Shown: in pieces, positions 9,868 to 20,140 of the stretch
Position numbering within the stretch: the first letter of the stretch is position 1
Layout: every line of letters begins with the position of its first letter
Source of the DNA: Candidatus Thalassarchaeaceae archaeon
GTDB taxonomy: Archaea > Thermoplasmatota > Poseidoniia > Poseidoniales > Thalassarchaeaceae
DNA: 64,000 nt
NCBI GenBank assembly: GCA_030747485.1
Contig: JASLKP010000005.1
Location: forward strand, 6,006 to 70,005
Reading direction: 5' to 3'
Notes under the pieces: model-generated
Told to the model about the DNA's origin: nothing
What the model saw: the letters and a program-made list of their open reading frames with translations, nothing else
Databases searched by the model: none
Made by a program: the position numbers and the translations under genes

Positions 9868-10848
9868 TTGCGAACAGTTCTCCATGTCGGCCCAGTCAAC
9901 TCAAAGGGTGGCATGGGTGCAGTAATCCAGATTTTAGCTGCGAATCCACCAATCAATTGGAGGACTGAAACCCTCCCCAGTCATGCAGACGGAGGAAAAA
10001 TCATCGTAGTATTCGCATGGTGGAGAGTCTTGAGAAAGTTACGACGACGATTGAAACAAGGGGGTATCGATTTAGTACATATCCATACTGCATCACGTTG
10101 GTCGTGGACTCGGAAAAAAATGTTAATCAAAATTGCAAGAAAGGCTGGATTACCAGTGGTGCTATCTTTTCACTCTGGTGATTTTGATCGCCATTGTGAA
10201 AAACATGGAGAAGATGTTCGAAATATCTGTTATGATCAGGGAGTTCATCCCGTGTTACTCAGTAGTAATTGGCAAATGAGACTATCAAAATGGATTGAAG
10301 AATCCACTGTAATCCCCAATCCATGTCCTGATGTAGAAATCAATGTTGAACGTGATCGAACAACATTCCTACTCATGGGAAGGAATAATCCCATGAAAGG
10401 GCAAGACATTGCAATCCAAGCAGCAGCGATGTTGATTGAACAGGGTCACCAAGTTACAATACACATGACGGGGATTCAGAAAAATTATCCTGGTGTGATT
10501 GGGCATGGATGGGTGGATGGTGAAGAGAAAGAACACTTGTTGTCAACATGTGGAACACTGTTGTCACCATCCGAATGGGAAGGACTGTCAATGACGATAA
10601 TAGAAGCGATGGCAAGAGGAATGCCCATCATCGCTTCAGAAGCTAGTGAAGGTGTGTTCTCAAATTCTGGGCGCATTGTCGAACGGAGTCCCATCGCATT
10701 TGCTGAGGCCATGGCCGAGATGATTGATGGCGATTTATGGAGTGAAATGGCCACATCCGGTCCGAAGGAAGCCGAGAAATATCGATTGGGAAATATCACT
10801 CAACAATGGATGGCACTATACAATCATGTGATGGAGTTGAGTGAATGA
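9868..10848 (+). CDS. Glycosyltransferase family 4
   Basis: KGGMG, DLVHIH, KGQD and PSEWEGLSMTIIEAMARG. TTG start after GGAGG; ATG 9826 is an alternative. Confidence 0.88.
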   Translation: MRTVLHVGPVNSKGGMGAVIQILAANPPINWRTETLPSHADGGKIIVVFAWWRVLRKLRRRLKQGGIDLVHIHTASRWSWTRKKMLIKIARKAGLPVVLSFHSGDFDRHCEKHGEDVRNICYDQGVHPVLLSSNWQMRLSKWIEESTVIPNPCPDVEINVERDRTTFLLMGRNNPMKGQDIAIQAAAMLIEQGHQVTIHMTGIQKNYPGVIGHGWVDGEEKEHLLSTCGTLLSPSEWEGLSMTIIEAMARGMPIIASEASEGVFSNSGRIVERSPIAFAEAMAEMIDGDLWSEMATSGPKEAEKYRLGNITQQWMALYNHVMELSE

Positions 10849-11861
10849 AATTGCTGTGGATTACGCATCGTAGGCTCGATGAGGATCTGTCTGCTCGCTC
10901 TAGACATGGGATTGCAACTGCGCTAACACAACGTGGTTGGGAGGTAGAATGGATGGCACCATCTGGTGGCCACCATGAGGTATATCGTTCTAAACGAATG
11001 GGATTTGGACATCGTTCATTCACAAAATCTGTCAAAAAGAAAATGACTCAAATCACTCTAAATTACGACCTGGTAATCGTTGAGTGGACCGCAGTTGAAG
11101 GTGCTGTAGAAATATTGTTGGCCAATGATTTACCATGGGTTCTGATGGATCGTAGTCCACCCGTTTCGACCGGTTTTGTAGGTTGGATTCAAGGGGTCCA
11201 ATACAGAAATGCTTGGAATATGGCACGCATATTTGCTTCAGCATGCGCGGTTAAGAGTCAATACATGGCAGACAGTCAAACTTGGGAAAAACCACTGGCG
11301 ATTGTTCCAGCAGGAGTCAATATAGATGATTTTTCAATCACAAAAATGTCTGATGAACCATGGATTGTGTGTCATGGAACGCTATCAAAAGAACGAGAAC
11401 TTCATCGTATACTGAAATTTGATTACCAGATACGATTCATTGGTTCAGGCAATGATGCAAAAAATCTCAAACAAATGGGTGCTATAGTTGAAGGGCCCTT
11501 CTCTACCGATGAATTAGCCAGTAAATTAGCGACATATGATATCGGAGTTATGCATCTACCAAATCGTGAAGTTTGGCGGCATGCTTCTCCCCTCAAGGTA
11601 GCAGAATATGCTGCTGCTGGACTTGTGATTGTTGCATCTGAAGTAAGTGGCCTTGAACAATATCGTGATTCGAAATGGATTCGTCTTATTCCACTTGGTG
11701 ATGATCAAGCCTGTAAGGGTGCGCTGGATGAATTTCTGTCCATTAGTTCAAATGAACGTCAACAACTTGGTGCTTTAGCCAGAAAAGAAGCTGAAAAATC
11801 GATGACTTGGACTCATTGTGTAAATGAATTACATGCCATGTTACGAGAGGTGAAACGGTGA
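10845..11861 (+). CDS. Glycosyltransferase family 4
   Basis: VPAGVN and ASPLKVAEYAAAGLVIVAS; 4-bp overlap with the previous gene. Confidence 0.85.
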   Translation: MKLLWITHRRLDEDLSARSRHGIATALTQRGWEVEWMAPSGGHHEVYRSKRMGFGHRSFTKSVKKKMTQITLNYDLVIVEWTAVEGAVEILLANDLPWVLMDRSPPVSTGFVGWIQGVQYRNAWNMARIFASACAVKSQYMADSQTWEKPLAIVPAGVNIDDFSITKMSDEPWIVCHGTLSKERELHRILKFDYQIRFIGSGNDAKNLKQMGAIVEGPFSTDELASKLATYDIGVMHLPNREVWRHASPLKVAEYAAAGLVIVASEVSGLEQYRDSKWIRLIPLGDDQACKGALDEFLSISSNERQQLGALARKEAEKSMTWTHCVNELHAMLREVKR

Positions 11862-13120
11862 CTCGCCGTGTTAGACTAGAGCGTGACACTCTCTGGCTTT
11901 CGGGAGCAGATATCGCAGCATTACTGGTTGGAATTACAGTACATGTCATCCTCACGCAAACGTATACAGATGGTGATTATGGACGCTGGGTACTATTATT
12001 GGACCTATACTATGTCTCTTCAACTTTGATTGATTTAGGATTACCTACCCTTATTGGTCGAGATTCTGAACGCATGGGGAAAATGGCACAAAACCTCGTA
12101 CATCGGACGTTGAGAATACAAATTCGTTTGACTTTACCAATCATTTTGATTGGAGGCGTGGTTGGTTGGTATTGGATCGGTGGATCGATTATTTGGTTGG
12201 TAGCAGCACTAATTTTAGCACTCTCTGCTGCTGTCCAAATCCTTGCATATGCTCACCGTTCTGCATTACGAGCACTCGGAGAGTCGAGACAAGAGGCATT
12301 GGTCCGCCTCGTTGACCGTGGGGCTACTGCAATCGGAATTGTTCTCGCCGCGTGGTTTTTTGGTGCACACCCAATTGCATTGTCATTAGCAACATTTGCG
12401 GGCCCACTAGGAGCGATTTTAATTGCTATCAATTTAGGTGAAAAGAAGTTAACTTCGATTACAAACATGGGAGAATCACTTGATTACGCCAATGATAATG
12501 TGAGAACATTACTCACGTTAGGATTGCCTTTCCTTCTAGCATCCATAGCATTAGTTCTGAATGTACGTGTAGAAAAATTAATGCTCGGAGTAATAGCAAC
12601 ACCAGAAGATGTTGAAGTGTTCCAAATTGCTTGGTTGGCATTCATCGCAGGTTATGCCCCAATTCTTTCGGTACGTGCAGTCATGCTATCTTGGTTTGGA
12701 GAGACGAGGCATGATTTAGAAATTCTTCAACATCGACAACAACGTGCACTCAAGATGATTTTCATTGTAACTGTGCCTGGATTAATCATTGGTTATACCC
12801 TTGGTCAAGCATCAATTGGTTGGGTTTTTCCAGATTATGCGATGGAAGCAAAACCAATTTTTCTCCTATTGTTAATTGCATGGGCTCTCGCTCTAAATGC
12901 TAGTGTACCAATCACAATCATTCAGGTGAGTGAAAAACCAATGTACTATGCCGCAGTACTTTGGTTGGGTATCATTTCTGATGCAATCATCTGTGTGTTG
13001 ATGATTCCGGATCAAGGGACAGAAGGTGCAGCAATAGGAGCAATAGTTGGTTCCGCAATAGTATTGTTCACAGCAATGATATTGAGCCGAAAACTCAACT
13101 TGAATTCAACGGCGATTTAA
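11858..13120 (+). CDS. Oligosaccharide flippase (Wzx/MOP family)
   Basis: ~12 TM helices, YG..DLGLPT, VEKLMLG and GTEGAAIG; in an operon with GTs. Confidence 0.8.
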   Translation: MTRRVRLERDTLWLSGADIAALLVGITVHVILTQTYTDGDYGRWVLLLDLYYVSSTLIDLGLPTLIGRDSERMGKMAQNLVHRTLRIQIRLTLPIILIGGVVGWYWIGGSIIWLVAALILALSAAVQILAYAHRSALRALGESRQEALVRLVDRGATAIGIVLAAWFFGAHPIALSLATFAGPLGAILIAINLGEKKLTSITNMGESLDYANDNVRTLLTLGLPFLLASIALVLNVRVEKLMLGVIATPEDVEVFQIAWLAFIAGYAPILSVRAVMLSWFGETRHDLEILQHRQQRALKMIFIVTVPGLIIGYTLGQASIGWVFPDYAMEAKPIFLLLLIAWALALNASVPITIIQVSEKPMYYAAVLWLGIISDAIICVLMIPDQGTEGAAIGAIVGSAIVLFTAMILSRKLNLNSTAI

Positions 13121-13455
13121 TCATCTGAAGATTCTTCTGAGATTCCAAGCATTTCTTGTAATTCTCCACTTTGATACATCTCAAGTGCGAGGTCTGAGCC
13201 CCCAATTAATTCACCATTCACAAACACTTGGGGCATGGTCGGAAAATCAGACCATTCACAAACACTTGGAATTGCTCGGGAGTCCATGAGGACATTGACA
13301 CTGACAAATGGTATACCAATTGCTTTCAAGACCTGAGAGGCTCTATTTGAGAAACCACACTGTGGCATCTCAGGTGTTCCTTTCATGAAAAGTACAAGCT
13401 GATTGTTGTTGATGATTTCGTCTAATTCTGTAGGTGTCCAATTAAATTCACTCAT
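13117..13455 (-). CDS. grxD: Monothiol glutaredoxin (Grx4)
   Basis: LFMKGTPEMPQCGFS, PTMPQVFVNGELIGGSD. Confidence 0.93.
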   Translation of the reverse strand: MSEFNWTPTELDEIINNNQLVLFMKGTPEMPQCGFSNRASQVLKAIGIPFVSVNVLMDSRAIPSVCEWSDFPTMPQVFVNGELIGGSDLALEMYQSGELQEMLGISEESSDD

Positions 13456-13796
13456 TCTATTTCCTCCTTAGGTCTGATACTGATGCCAACAAAATCTGCA
13501 TCACTGCGACGATTAGGGTGAGGATGGAAGACATCTCCATCATCTTGTAATGCCTGTTCTGGAGTAAGACATTTGAGATCTAATGCATGTACTTCATGTG
13601 GGATAAATGGTTTGAAGTGACCCAAGAGAATACGCTGGCGAGGTAAGGGCCTCATGCCCTCAAAAGTTGCACAAACAACTCGAACATGGAAATGGTCTTG
13701 CCCCCCAGTTAGGTCTACAATCTTAATTTCAATGGCATCAGGAACCGCCTTACGGACTTCAGCCTCCATCCACTCGATACTCGGCATAGTCATCAC
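13452..13796 (-). CDS. bolA: BolA family protein
   Basis: GGQDHFHVRVVCATFEG...RQR...VHALDLKCLTP; adjacent to Grx4. Confidence 0.88.
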   Translation of the reverse strand: MMTMPSIEWMEAEVRKAVPDAIEIKIVDLTGGQDHFHVRVVCATFEGMRPLPRQRILLGHFKPFIPHEVHALDLKCLTPEQALQDDGDVFHPHPNRRSDADFVGISIRPKEEIE

Positions 13797-13823
13797 TCAA
13801 TGTTCGATGGTTTTGAATCCTTG

Positions 13824-14504
13824 TTACTGTTGAAGTGCATTTTGAATCTCGCTAAGATTCTCTGCGATGGTTCCATTGTCATTGATTAGACCTGAGCCGA
13901 CAACGGCAATTTCAATCCCCCAATCAGCAACTTGTGCAATATTATGAGCCTTGATACCTCCGTCAATCATGAGTTTCGTTGGTCGACCTCCAGCAACAAT
14001 CTGAGCATCGATGGCCGCTCGGAATGTCCGTGTCTTTTCCTCCATCTCTGACATAAATGATTGGCCGCCCTTACCGGGGACGACACTCATCACAAGAATG
14101 AGGTCTAAATTGGGAAGATGGGGGAGAATGGCATCAGCGGGTGTTGCCGGATTCAATACAGCTCCAGCTTGACATCCACATGCATGTAATTTCTCGATGA
14201 GGGTTGACATATCATCTACTGCTTCAATATGAGCAATGACTAAGTTGACTCCTGCATCGACATATTGATTCCAATTCTCTTCTGCATTTGTTACCATCAA
14301 GTGACAATCCATGAAGACATCTGGGCCAATTCGATCGCGTATTGAACGGATGACTGCGGGTCCAAATGTGATGGTTCGATTCACGACCCAATTTCCATCC
14401 ATCACATCGAGATGAATCCAATCGATTCCAGCCGCAATAGCCTCATCAATCGTTGTACCGAGTTCACAAAAATCAGCGGTGAGGATGCTTGGGGTGATTA
14501 TCAC
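13824..14504 (-). CDS. rpe: Ribulose-phosphate 3-epimerase
   Basis: PSILTADF, HLDVMDG, DCHLMV, MSVVPGKGGQSF, IDGGI. Confidence 0.95.
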   Translation of the reverse strand: MIITPSILTADFCELGTTIDEAIAAGIDWIHLDVMDGNWVVNRTITFGPAVIRSIRDRIGPDVFMDCHLMVTNAEENWNQYVDAGVNLVIAHIEAVDDMSTLIEKLHACGCQAGAVLNPATPADAILPHLPNLDLILVMSVVPGKGGQSFMSEMEEKTRTFRAAIDAQIVAGGRPTKLMIDGGIKAHNIAQVADWGIEIAVVGSGLINDNGTIAENLSEIQNALQQ

Positions 14505-14618
14505 AATGACCGCTCCGTACCGGGCGAGGAGAAGCCAGTTCTCAAGTCTTGACCTTCAAATAACTCGTACATCAGGTTGATAGAACGCCGAAACACGCCC
14601 AATGAAGCAGGTGATTGT

Positions 14619-14942
14619 ATGGCAGGTAATCTAGTGGAGGCTACAGATGCAGATTTTGAGCAAGTGACGACTGAGAATGAATGGGTCTTGGTCGATTTCT
14701 GGGCCCCTTGGTGTGGACCTTGCAAGATGATTGGGCCTGTTCTGGACCAAATTGCTGGTGAGCGCGAAAATCTCACTATTGCAAAAGTAAACACAGACAT
14801 GAATCCAGTCACGCCTGGAAGATTTGGAGTTCGAGGAATTCCATATCTCGTTCTATTCCATAATGGACAACCGATTGATACTAAGAGTGGAGCAATGCCA
14901 AAGCAAGGTTTCGATCAATGGTTAGATGCACATATGATTTGA
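14619..14942 (+). CDS. trxA: Thioredoxin
   Basis: VDFWAPWCGPCK, GVRGIP; GGTGA RBS. Confidence 0.95.
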   Translation: MAGNLVEATDADFEQVTTENEWVLVDFWAPWCGPCKMIGPVLDQIAGERENLTIAKVNTDMNPVTPGRFGVRGIPYLVLFHNGQPIDTKSGAMPKQGFDQWLDAHMI

Positions 14943-16502
14943 TTACGGCTGCGCATTTTGTAAACGCTTTCTTCGAGCATCTTGCGGAGCACCTACCTCA
15001 CGCAATAAACGCTCTCTCAACGCTTCATGTAACCACATTCCATCTGATAATTCAAGAATTAATCCTCGTTCAATTAGAGCAGATGGTGGCGGTCCATCGT
15101 GTTCGCAAGCGGCTGCTAATATGGACCACTCAACGGGTCGTTCAGATACCGCAAGGACGGCTAACAATTCTCGTTCATCTTCAGGGAGAACATCAAGGAT
15201 TTCTTCATCGAGGAATCGTAGCCAATCACCGTGAGAAATTTCACCATACATCTCCATCAATTCAATTGCCAAGGGATGGCCACCAGTAACTTCGTGAACT
15301 TCTGTAGCGGTTGGTAATTCCTCTGCTGAAATATCTGAAAGCCAAGCATCTAAATCTTCTACATTGAGACCAGACAAGGCTAGTTCACTGACTCTGTCTC
15401 GAGTATGAACATCTCTTCGATCGTAGAATGTCAATGTGGTTCGACTGATTAACAAGAGTTGCAATGGAGAAGAGTCTGCCACTTGAAGCAGGGCGCCCAA
15501 CAAATCTCGTGCTTCTTCAGCAAGATGGTGTACGTCGTCTAATACCAACAGGAAATAAGGTGGGGCGGTCGACTCATCATCTATGAAGCGCTCACGTAAC
15601 ACAGTTGGATCTGTCAAATAAGACAAGAGTAATCTCCGATATGCATCGATATCTAACTTCGCACCGGGAGTAAGTGGCAATGTTTCCATGAGTTGATGAG
15701 GGTCATGAGCAGCATCAATGCCGACTCGATGTAAAAGCGAAGTCGCTAGACCAAGGGATGTATCCCATGGTTGACAGGGGTACCAACATACAGACAATTG
15801 CTCATCTGTGATTATTCGCTGTCGTAACCAATGAGCACCAAGGGTTGATTTCCCGATTCCTGCAATTCCGTGGAGAAGCATACAAGGTGTTCTAGAGATA
15901 ATCCACTCATCCAGAACTGAAATCTCTGTTTTTCGACCATGTACTTCACGAGTGAGGGGGGGTTCTGTATGATACGTCGCGTGAGCACCTGAACCAAGCG
16001 TGATTCTACCAGGTGCTGGCGTATCATCAGCACGTGACTGAATGAGGCCAAAGCGAATGTCTCCAAACGTTAGAACACCCTCGTGTTGTGCATGCATCAA
16101 TACCTGTAATAGGCTCAAATCCGCAGCCAATCGGTCGCTTGCTTGATTGGCAACAACCTCCAATAATTGGCCATTTGAATCTCGAATTAATACTTGAGTT
16201 AATCCAAGTTCACGCATTCGAGAATTGGCTTGAACTCTACCTTCTTCTGTAAGTTGCCATGTCTTCTGTCGTCGACTCTCTCCACGTACGGTTCGACTAT
16301 GCTCAGTAACCCACAAATTTCGTAATAATCCACGCATTGTTCGACTAACATTTGGAGGATGTAATGCACAAGCCTCAGCAATGCCCGGGCGTGTTACTGC
16401 GTGGCTAACCATGTAGAGATCTGCCTGATCATCTTGCTCCAATAAATGTAGTAAAATTCGGTCTTCGACCGCGATATGAACACGCAAGTCATTGCTCGGC
16501 AT
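14943..16502 (-). CDS. Winged-HTH plus P-loop NTPase (STAND/MalT-like) regulator
   Basis: N-terminal wHTH (TRPGIAEAC..NVSRTM..LTEEG), Walker A GIAGIGKST, Walker B LLVLDDVH, TGGHPLAI, LHEALRE. Confidence 0.8.
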   Translation of the reverse strand: MPSNDLRVHIAVEDRILLHLLEQDDQADLYMVSHAVTRPGIAEACALHPPNVSRTMRGLLRNLWVTEHSRTVRGESRRQKTWQLTEEGRVQANSRMRELGLTQVLIRDSNGQLLEVVANQASDRLAADLSLLQVLMHAQHEGVLTFGDIRFGLIQSRADDTPAPGRITLGSGAHATYHTEPPLTREVHGRKTEISVLDEWIISRTPCMLLHGIAGIGKSTLGAHWLRQRIITDEQLSVCWYPCQPWDTSLGLATSLLHRVGIDAAHDPHQLMETLPLTPGAKLDIDAYRRLLLSYLTDPTVLRERFIDDESTAPPYFLLVLDDVHHLAEEARDLLGALLQVADSSPLQLLLISRTTLTFYDRRDVHTRDRVSELALSGLNVEDLDAWLSDISAEELPTATEVHEVTGGHPLAIELMEMYGEISHGDWLRFLDEEILDVLPEDERELLAVLAVSERPVEWSILAAACEHDGPPPSALIERGLILELSDGMWLHEALRERLLREVGAPQDARRKRLQNAQP

Positions 16503-16609
16503 TGGACCTGCCTTATACTCCGTCCTGTTGAACTTCACGCCACCATGTTTCAGCCATTTTCGGCCTTTTTCTCGCGTGCGCGCGTGATGCAGAACGACCG
16601 CAATCCCTT

Positions 16610-19600
16610 ATGCAGATGAATACAGCCGCCCCCATGGTCCAGAACCTGCGAGTCCAATCATTGGCTTCGACTCGGGCCATTTTACTGGCGGGTTTGATGA
16701 TTTTTAGCACGACCATCCTGCCCGTCGTCAGTGCGTACGACACAGATAGTGATGGTATTGATGATTCAGTAGATGATTGTCCAGTAGCGGCAGGAAATAG
16801 TTCGGTTGATCGTGTCGGTTGTCCTGACAGAGATGGCGATGGGACCAGTGACAAGAATGATCCCTGGACTATTCAAGGAGGTGGGTTTTCTGAAGAAGCA
16901 CATCAATCGAGTAACGATGACTACTATGCTGTCTTCTTCAATTACGATGGAAGTCAATATCTAACCTCAGCAGAGAATGGATGGATGCGAATTTGGGATA
17001 CGAGCACTCGACAGAATCTCAGATCAGTACAAACTGACGGGATTTTTGATGTCGGGTGGTCGCCAGATGGGGCGTACGTCGCTGCAGTCACTGACAATGA
17101 TGAATTGAGAGTGTACCACGCTTCAAACATGTCTGTCTTATTCACCGCAAGCACAGATGTGGGTAGTGGTGACCAACCCAATGAATTAGAATTCAGTCCT
17201 GACGGGACAATGGTTGCTGTCGTCATCGGAAGATCTGGGAATTCCGGAACGAATGGTGAAGTCCAAATTTACAATGCGATGACCGGGGTAGAAATGACTT
17301 CGTTTAATCCTGGTTCAGCAGATCGATTTAACTCAGTTGATTGGAGTCCTGATGGGAATCGTATTTTGATTGGTGGACGTGAGGATGTATGGATTTACAA
17401 CACCGGTAGTTGGGGCTTCAACAGTAGCGTCAATACGAATCGAGGTACCAACAATGGTGTTGAATGGTCACCAGATGGAAACTCGTTTGCGACCTGTGAA
17501 GCATGGGAAAGTAGTGGTGCCAGAGTCAGGATGTATGAAGTAGCAACCATGCAACAAGTGTGGTCGTATTCAACTTCAACATCATGTAACACACTTACAT
17601 TTTCACCGGATTCAACCCAAATTGGGGCTTCAATGACCTATTATCAGTCAGATGGAGCGAGTGTTAGAATTTTCAATGCAGATACTGGAAGTATCATAGA
17701 TACAGTTTCAGGGCCGAGACCCGGTGGCTGTACTAGTGGCGGTGGCGGAAACAATTGTGGTTCAATCTACGGTGTGGATTGGCACCCCAATGGAATGTAC
17801 ATCATAAGCGCTCATGGACGAGATGATGAGGGCATATACCACTGGATTGTCGACCCTGATATCGACAATGATGGAGTACTCAATGAAGACGATGCATTCC
17901 CTGAAGATGGAACTCAGTGGGATGACACTGATGGTGATGGTTATGGTGATAATCCAGCTCCTGCCACGGAGCCAGATGCCTGTGTGACCATTTTTGGTAC
18001 ATCTAACATGGACAGATACGGTTGCCCTGATGATGATGGCGATGGATGGTCAAACGATGGCGATGCATTTCCCTCTGATCCCTACCAATGGTCTGATGCA
18101 GATGGTGATGGTTATCCTTCAAATCTCGACGATCCGCGTGATCCAAATCCATACGGACATCTAGATGCCTTCGACAACAATCCAACTCAATGGGCTGATT
18201 CGGATGGAGATGGCTATGGAGATAATTTTGCCAACGCATCATGGGAAAGCATTCGACCCGTAGATTGGCCTGGACAATTAATGTCGATGACACCGATCGA
18301 GATGGTTGATATCGACACATTCCCGCTGAATCCCGAACAATGGAATGATACGGATGGTGACTGGGTTGGTGATGAACCATTCACAAGTCGTTCAGATGGA
18401 TGTCCCGATGCATGGGGTGATTCCATCTGGGACCGAATCGGTTGCCCTGATAGTGATGGTGATGGATACTCTGACCCTGGAAACGGCTACCCTGGAGAAG
18501 GTTTAGCAAGTCCAATTGGTGATGCCGATGCATTCGTCGATGACCCTAGCCAATGGCACGACTCTGATGGAGATGGTTTTGGAGACAATACTTCTGGCTC
18601 GCAAGGTGATGCATGTCCTGGCCAACCAGGTACCAGTTGGTGGGCCATCGAATGGGATTATGTCAATGAGACCTATTTCGATAAGCAATGGTTTGGTTGT
18701 GAAGACAACGATGGGGACGGATATGCAAACAGTGGAGAAGCCTTCCCAAACGACCCAACTCAATGGCAAGATACTGATGGTGATGGTGTCAACAGAAACA
18801 GTGTAGCATCATCCTGTGGAGATAATCCTGAAGGCAATAATCCTGATTTATTCCCGTTGGATGGGACTCAATGCACCGACCGTGATGGAGATGGTTACGG
18901 TGATTTTGCAAGTGGACCAAATGGTGACTGGTTCCCAGATGATCCGACTCAATGGAAAGACAGTGATGGTGATGGATACGGCGACAATGCTGATGGGACA
19001 AACGCTGATGTTTGTCCCTTCGTAGCAGGTACCATCAATACGGCTGAAGCAAGAGGTTGCCCAGACAGTGATAATGATGGAACCCCTGACCCCCAAGATG
19101 CCTTCCCAAACAATCCCTTAGAGGATAGCGATTCGGATGGTGATGGATTTGGTGATGCGTTTGAGGATGATTGTATCCTAACACCAGGTGCCTCAAACAT
19201 GGGAGGGACGTTTGGTTGTCCAGATTCAGATGGTGATTATTGGGCCGATTCCATCGACATATTCCCTGATGACGGAACCCAATGGGAAGACTCGGATGGA
19301 GATGGATATGGAGATAATTACACATACACAAATGTTACTGGTCACTCAACATCTGCTGATGGTTACATTTGGGGATGCGATGTTGATCCCGGCCTGATAA
19401 TGTCAAGAATTCAAAATGGTGATGCCTTCCCAGAGGATGCCACTCAATGGAGTGATACCGATGGAGATGGTCATGGTGATAATTACGGTGAAGCATTGAA
19501 TCTCACCACTCGACTAGAGTGCTGGCCGGGAGAATTTGTGGATAATGCCAGAGATGCTGATGCTTTCCCTCTACGTTACACACAATGGAAAGATGCTGAC

Positions 19601-20140
19601 CGAGATGGATATGGTGACAACAGCATTGGAGGCGCTTTCCAAGGTGACCTCTGCAAGAGCGAACAGGGATTCTCATATCTCGATAAATATGGTTGTTTAG
19701 ACTCGGATGGAGATGGTTGGTCCGACGTTGGAGATGCTTGTCCATACGATCCCAATTTCCATTTGGTATCAGAACAATGCAAAATTACTGAACCGGATTC
19801 TGGGCAAAGTGGAGATTCGGAATCCTCTGGTATGGTCATGTACATTATTGGCGGTTTAGTCGCCTTCCTTCTCATGCTCATCTTTGTAGCTCTTGTCGCT
19901 AAACAGATGGGGGCACGGAAGAGAATTGATGAAATTCGTGAACTTCAAGCACACGATGCAGTCATGATTGAAGAAGAAGAACAAAGACGTCAGAAATGGA
20001 TTGATTATTATTTGGCACAAGGTGATATTGAGAAAGCAAAGGAACTCGGCTATGTTGAGAAAGCTGAATGGCAACTTCATCAAGAAAAGACCGAAGCAGA
20101 GGCTGCAGCGTTACCCAATATGGACGACCTATTCAGTTAG
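16610..20140 (+). CDS. Membrane-anchored surface protein: WD40 beta-propeller plus thrombospondin type-3 (DxDGDG) Ca-binding repeats
   Basis: Signal peptide, repeated WSPDG blades, many DAFP.DPTQW.DSDGDGYGDN repeats, C-terminal TM; start may be ATG 16634. Confidence 0.88.
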   Translation: MQMNTAAPMVQNLRVQSLASTRAILLAGLMIFSTTILPVVSAYDTDSDGIDDSVDDCPVAAGNSSVDRVGCPDRDGDGTSDKNDPWTIQGGGFSEEAHQSSNDDYYAVFFNYDGSQYLTSAENGWMRIWDTSTRQNLRSVQTDGIFDVGWSPDGAYVAAVTDNDELRVYHASNMSVLFTASTDVGSGDQPNELEFSPDGTMVAVVIGRSGNSGTNGEVQIYNAMTGVEMTSFNPGSADRFNSVDWSPDGNRILIGGREDVWIYNTGSWGFNSSVNTNRGTNNGVEWSPDGNSFATCEAWESSGARVRMYEVATMQQVWSYSTSTSCNTLTFSPDSTQIGASMTYYQSDGASVRIFNADTGSIIDTVSGPRPGGCTSGGGGNNCGSIYGVDWHPNGMYIISAHGRDDEGIYHWIVDPDIDNDGVLNEDDAFPEDGTQWDDTDGDGYGDNPAPATEPDACVTIFGTSNMDRYGCPDDDGDGWSNDGDAFPSDPYQWSDADGDGYPSNLDDPRDPNPYGHLDAFDNNPTQWADSDGDGYGDNFANASWESIRPVDWPGQLMSMTPIEMVDIDTFPLNPEQWNDTDGDWVGDEPFTSRSDGCPDAWGDSIWDRIGCPDSDGDGYSDPGNGYPGEGLASPIGDADAFVDDPSQWHDSDGDGFGDNTSGSQGDACPGQPGTSWWAIEWDYVNETYFDKQWFGCEDNDGDGYANSGEAFPNDPTQWQDTDGDGVNRNSVASSCGDNPEGNNPDLFPLDGTQCTDRDGDGYGDFASGPNGDWFPDDPTQWKDSDGDGYGDNADGTNADVCPFVAGTINTAEARGCPDSDNDGTPDPQDAFPNNPLEDSDSDGDGFGDAFEDDCILTPGASNMGGTFGCPDSDGDYWADSIDIFPDDGTQWEDSDGDGYGDNYTYTNVTGHSTSADGYIWGCDVDPGLIMSRIQNGDAFPEDATQWSDTDGDGHGDNYGEALNLTTRLECWPGEFVDNARDADAFPLRYTQWKDADRDGYGDNSIGGAFQGDLCKSEQGFSYLDKYGCLDSDGDGWSDVGDACPYDPNFHLVSEQCKITEPDSGQSGDSESSGMVMYIIGGLVAFLLMLIFVALVAKQMGARKRIDEIRELQAHDAVMIEEEEQRRQKWIDYYLAQGDIEKAKELGYVEKAEWQLHQEKTEAEAAALPNMDDLFS

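Noticed and set aside
17850-19760. Recurring gatggtgatgg-type DNA repeats
   Set aside because: Explained by in-frame DxDGDG TSP3 protein repeats
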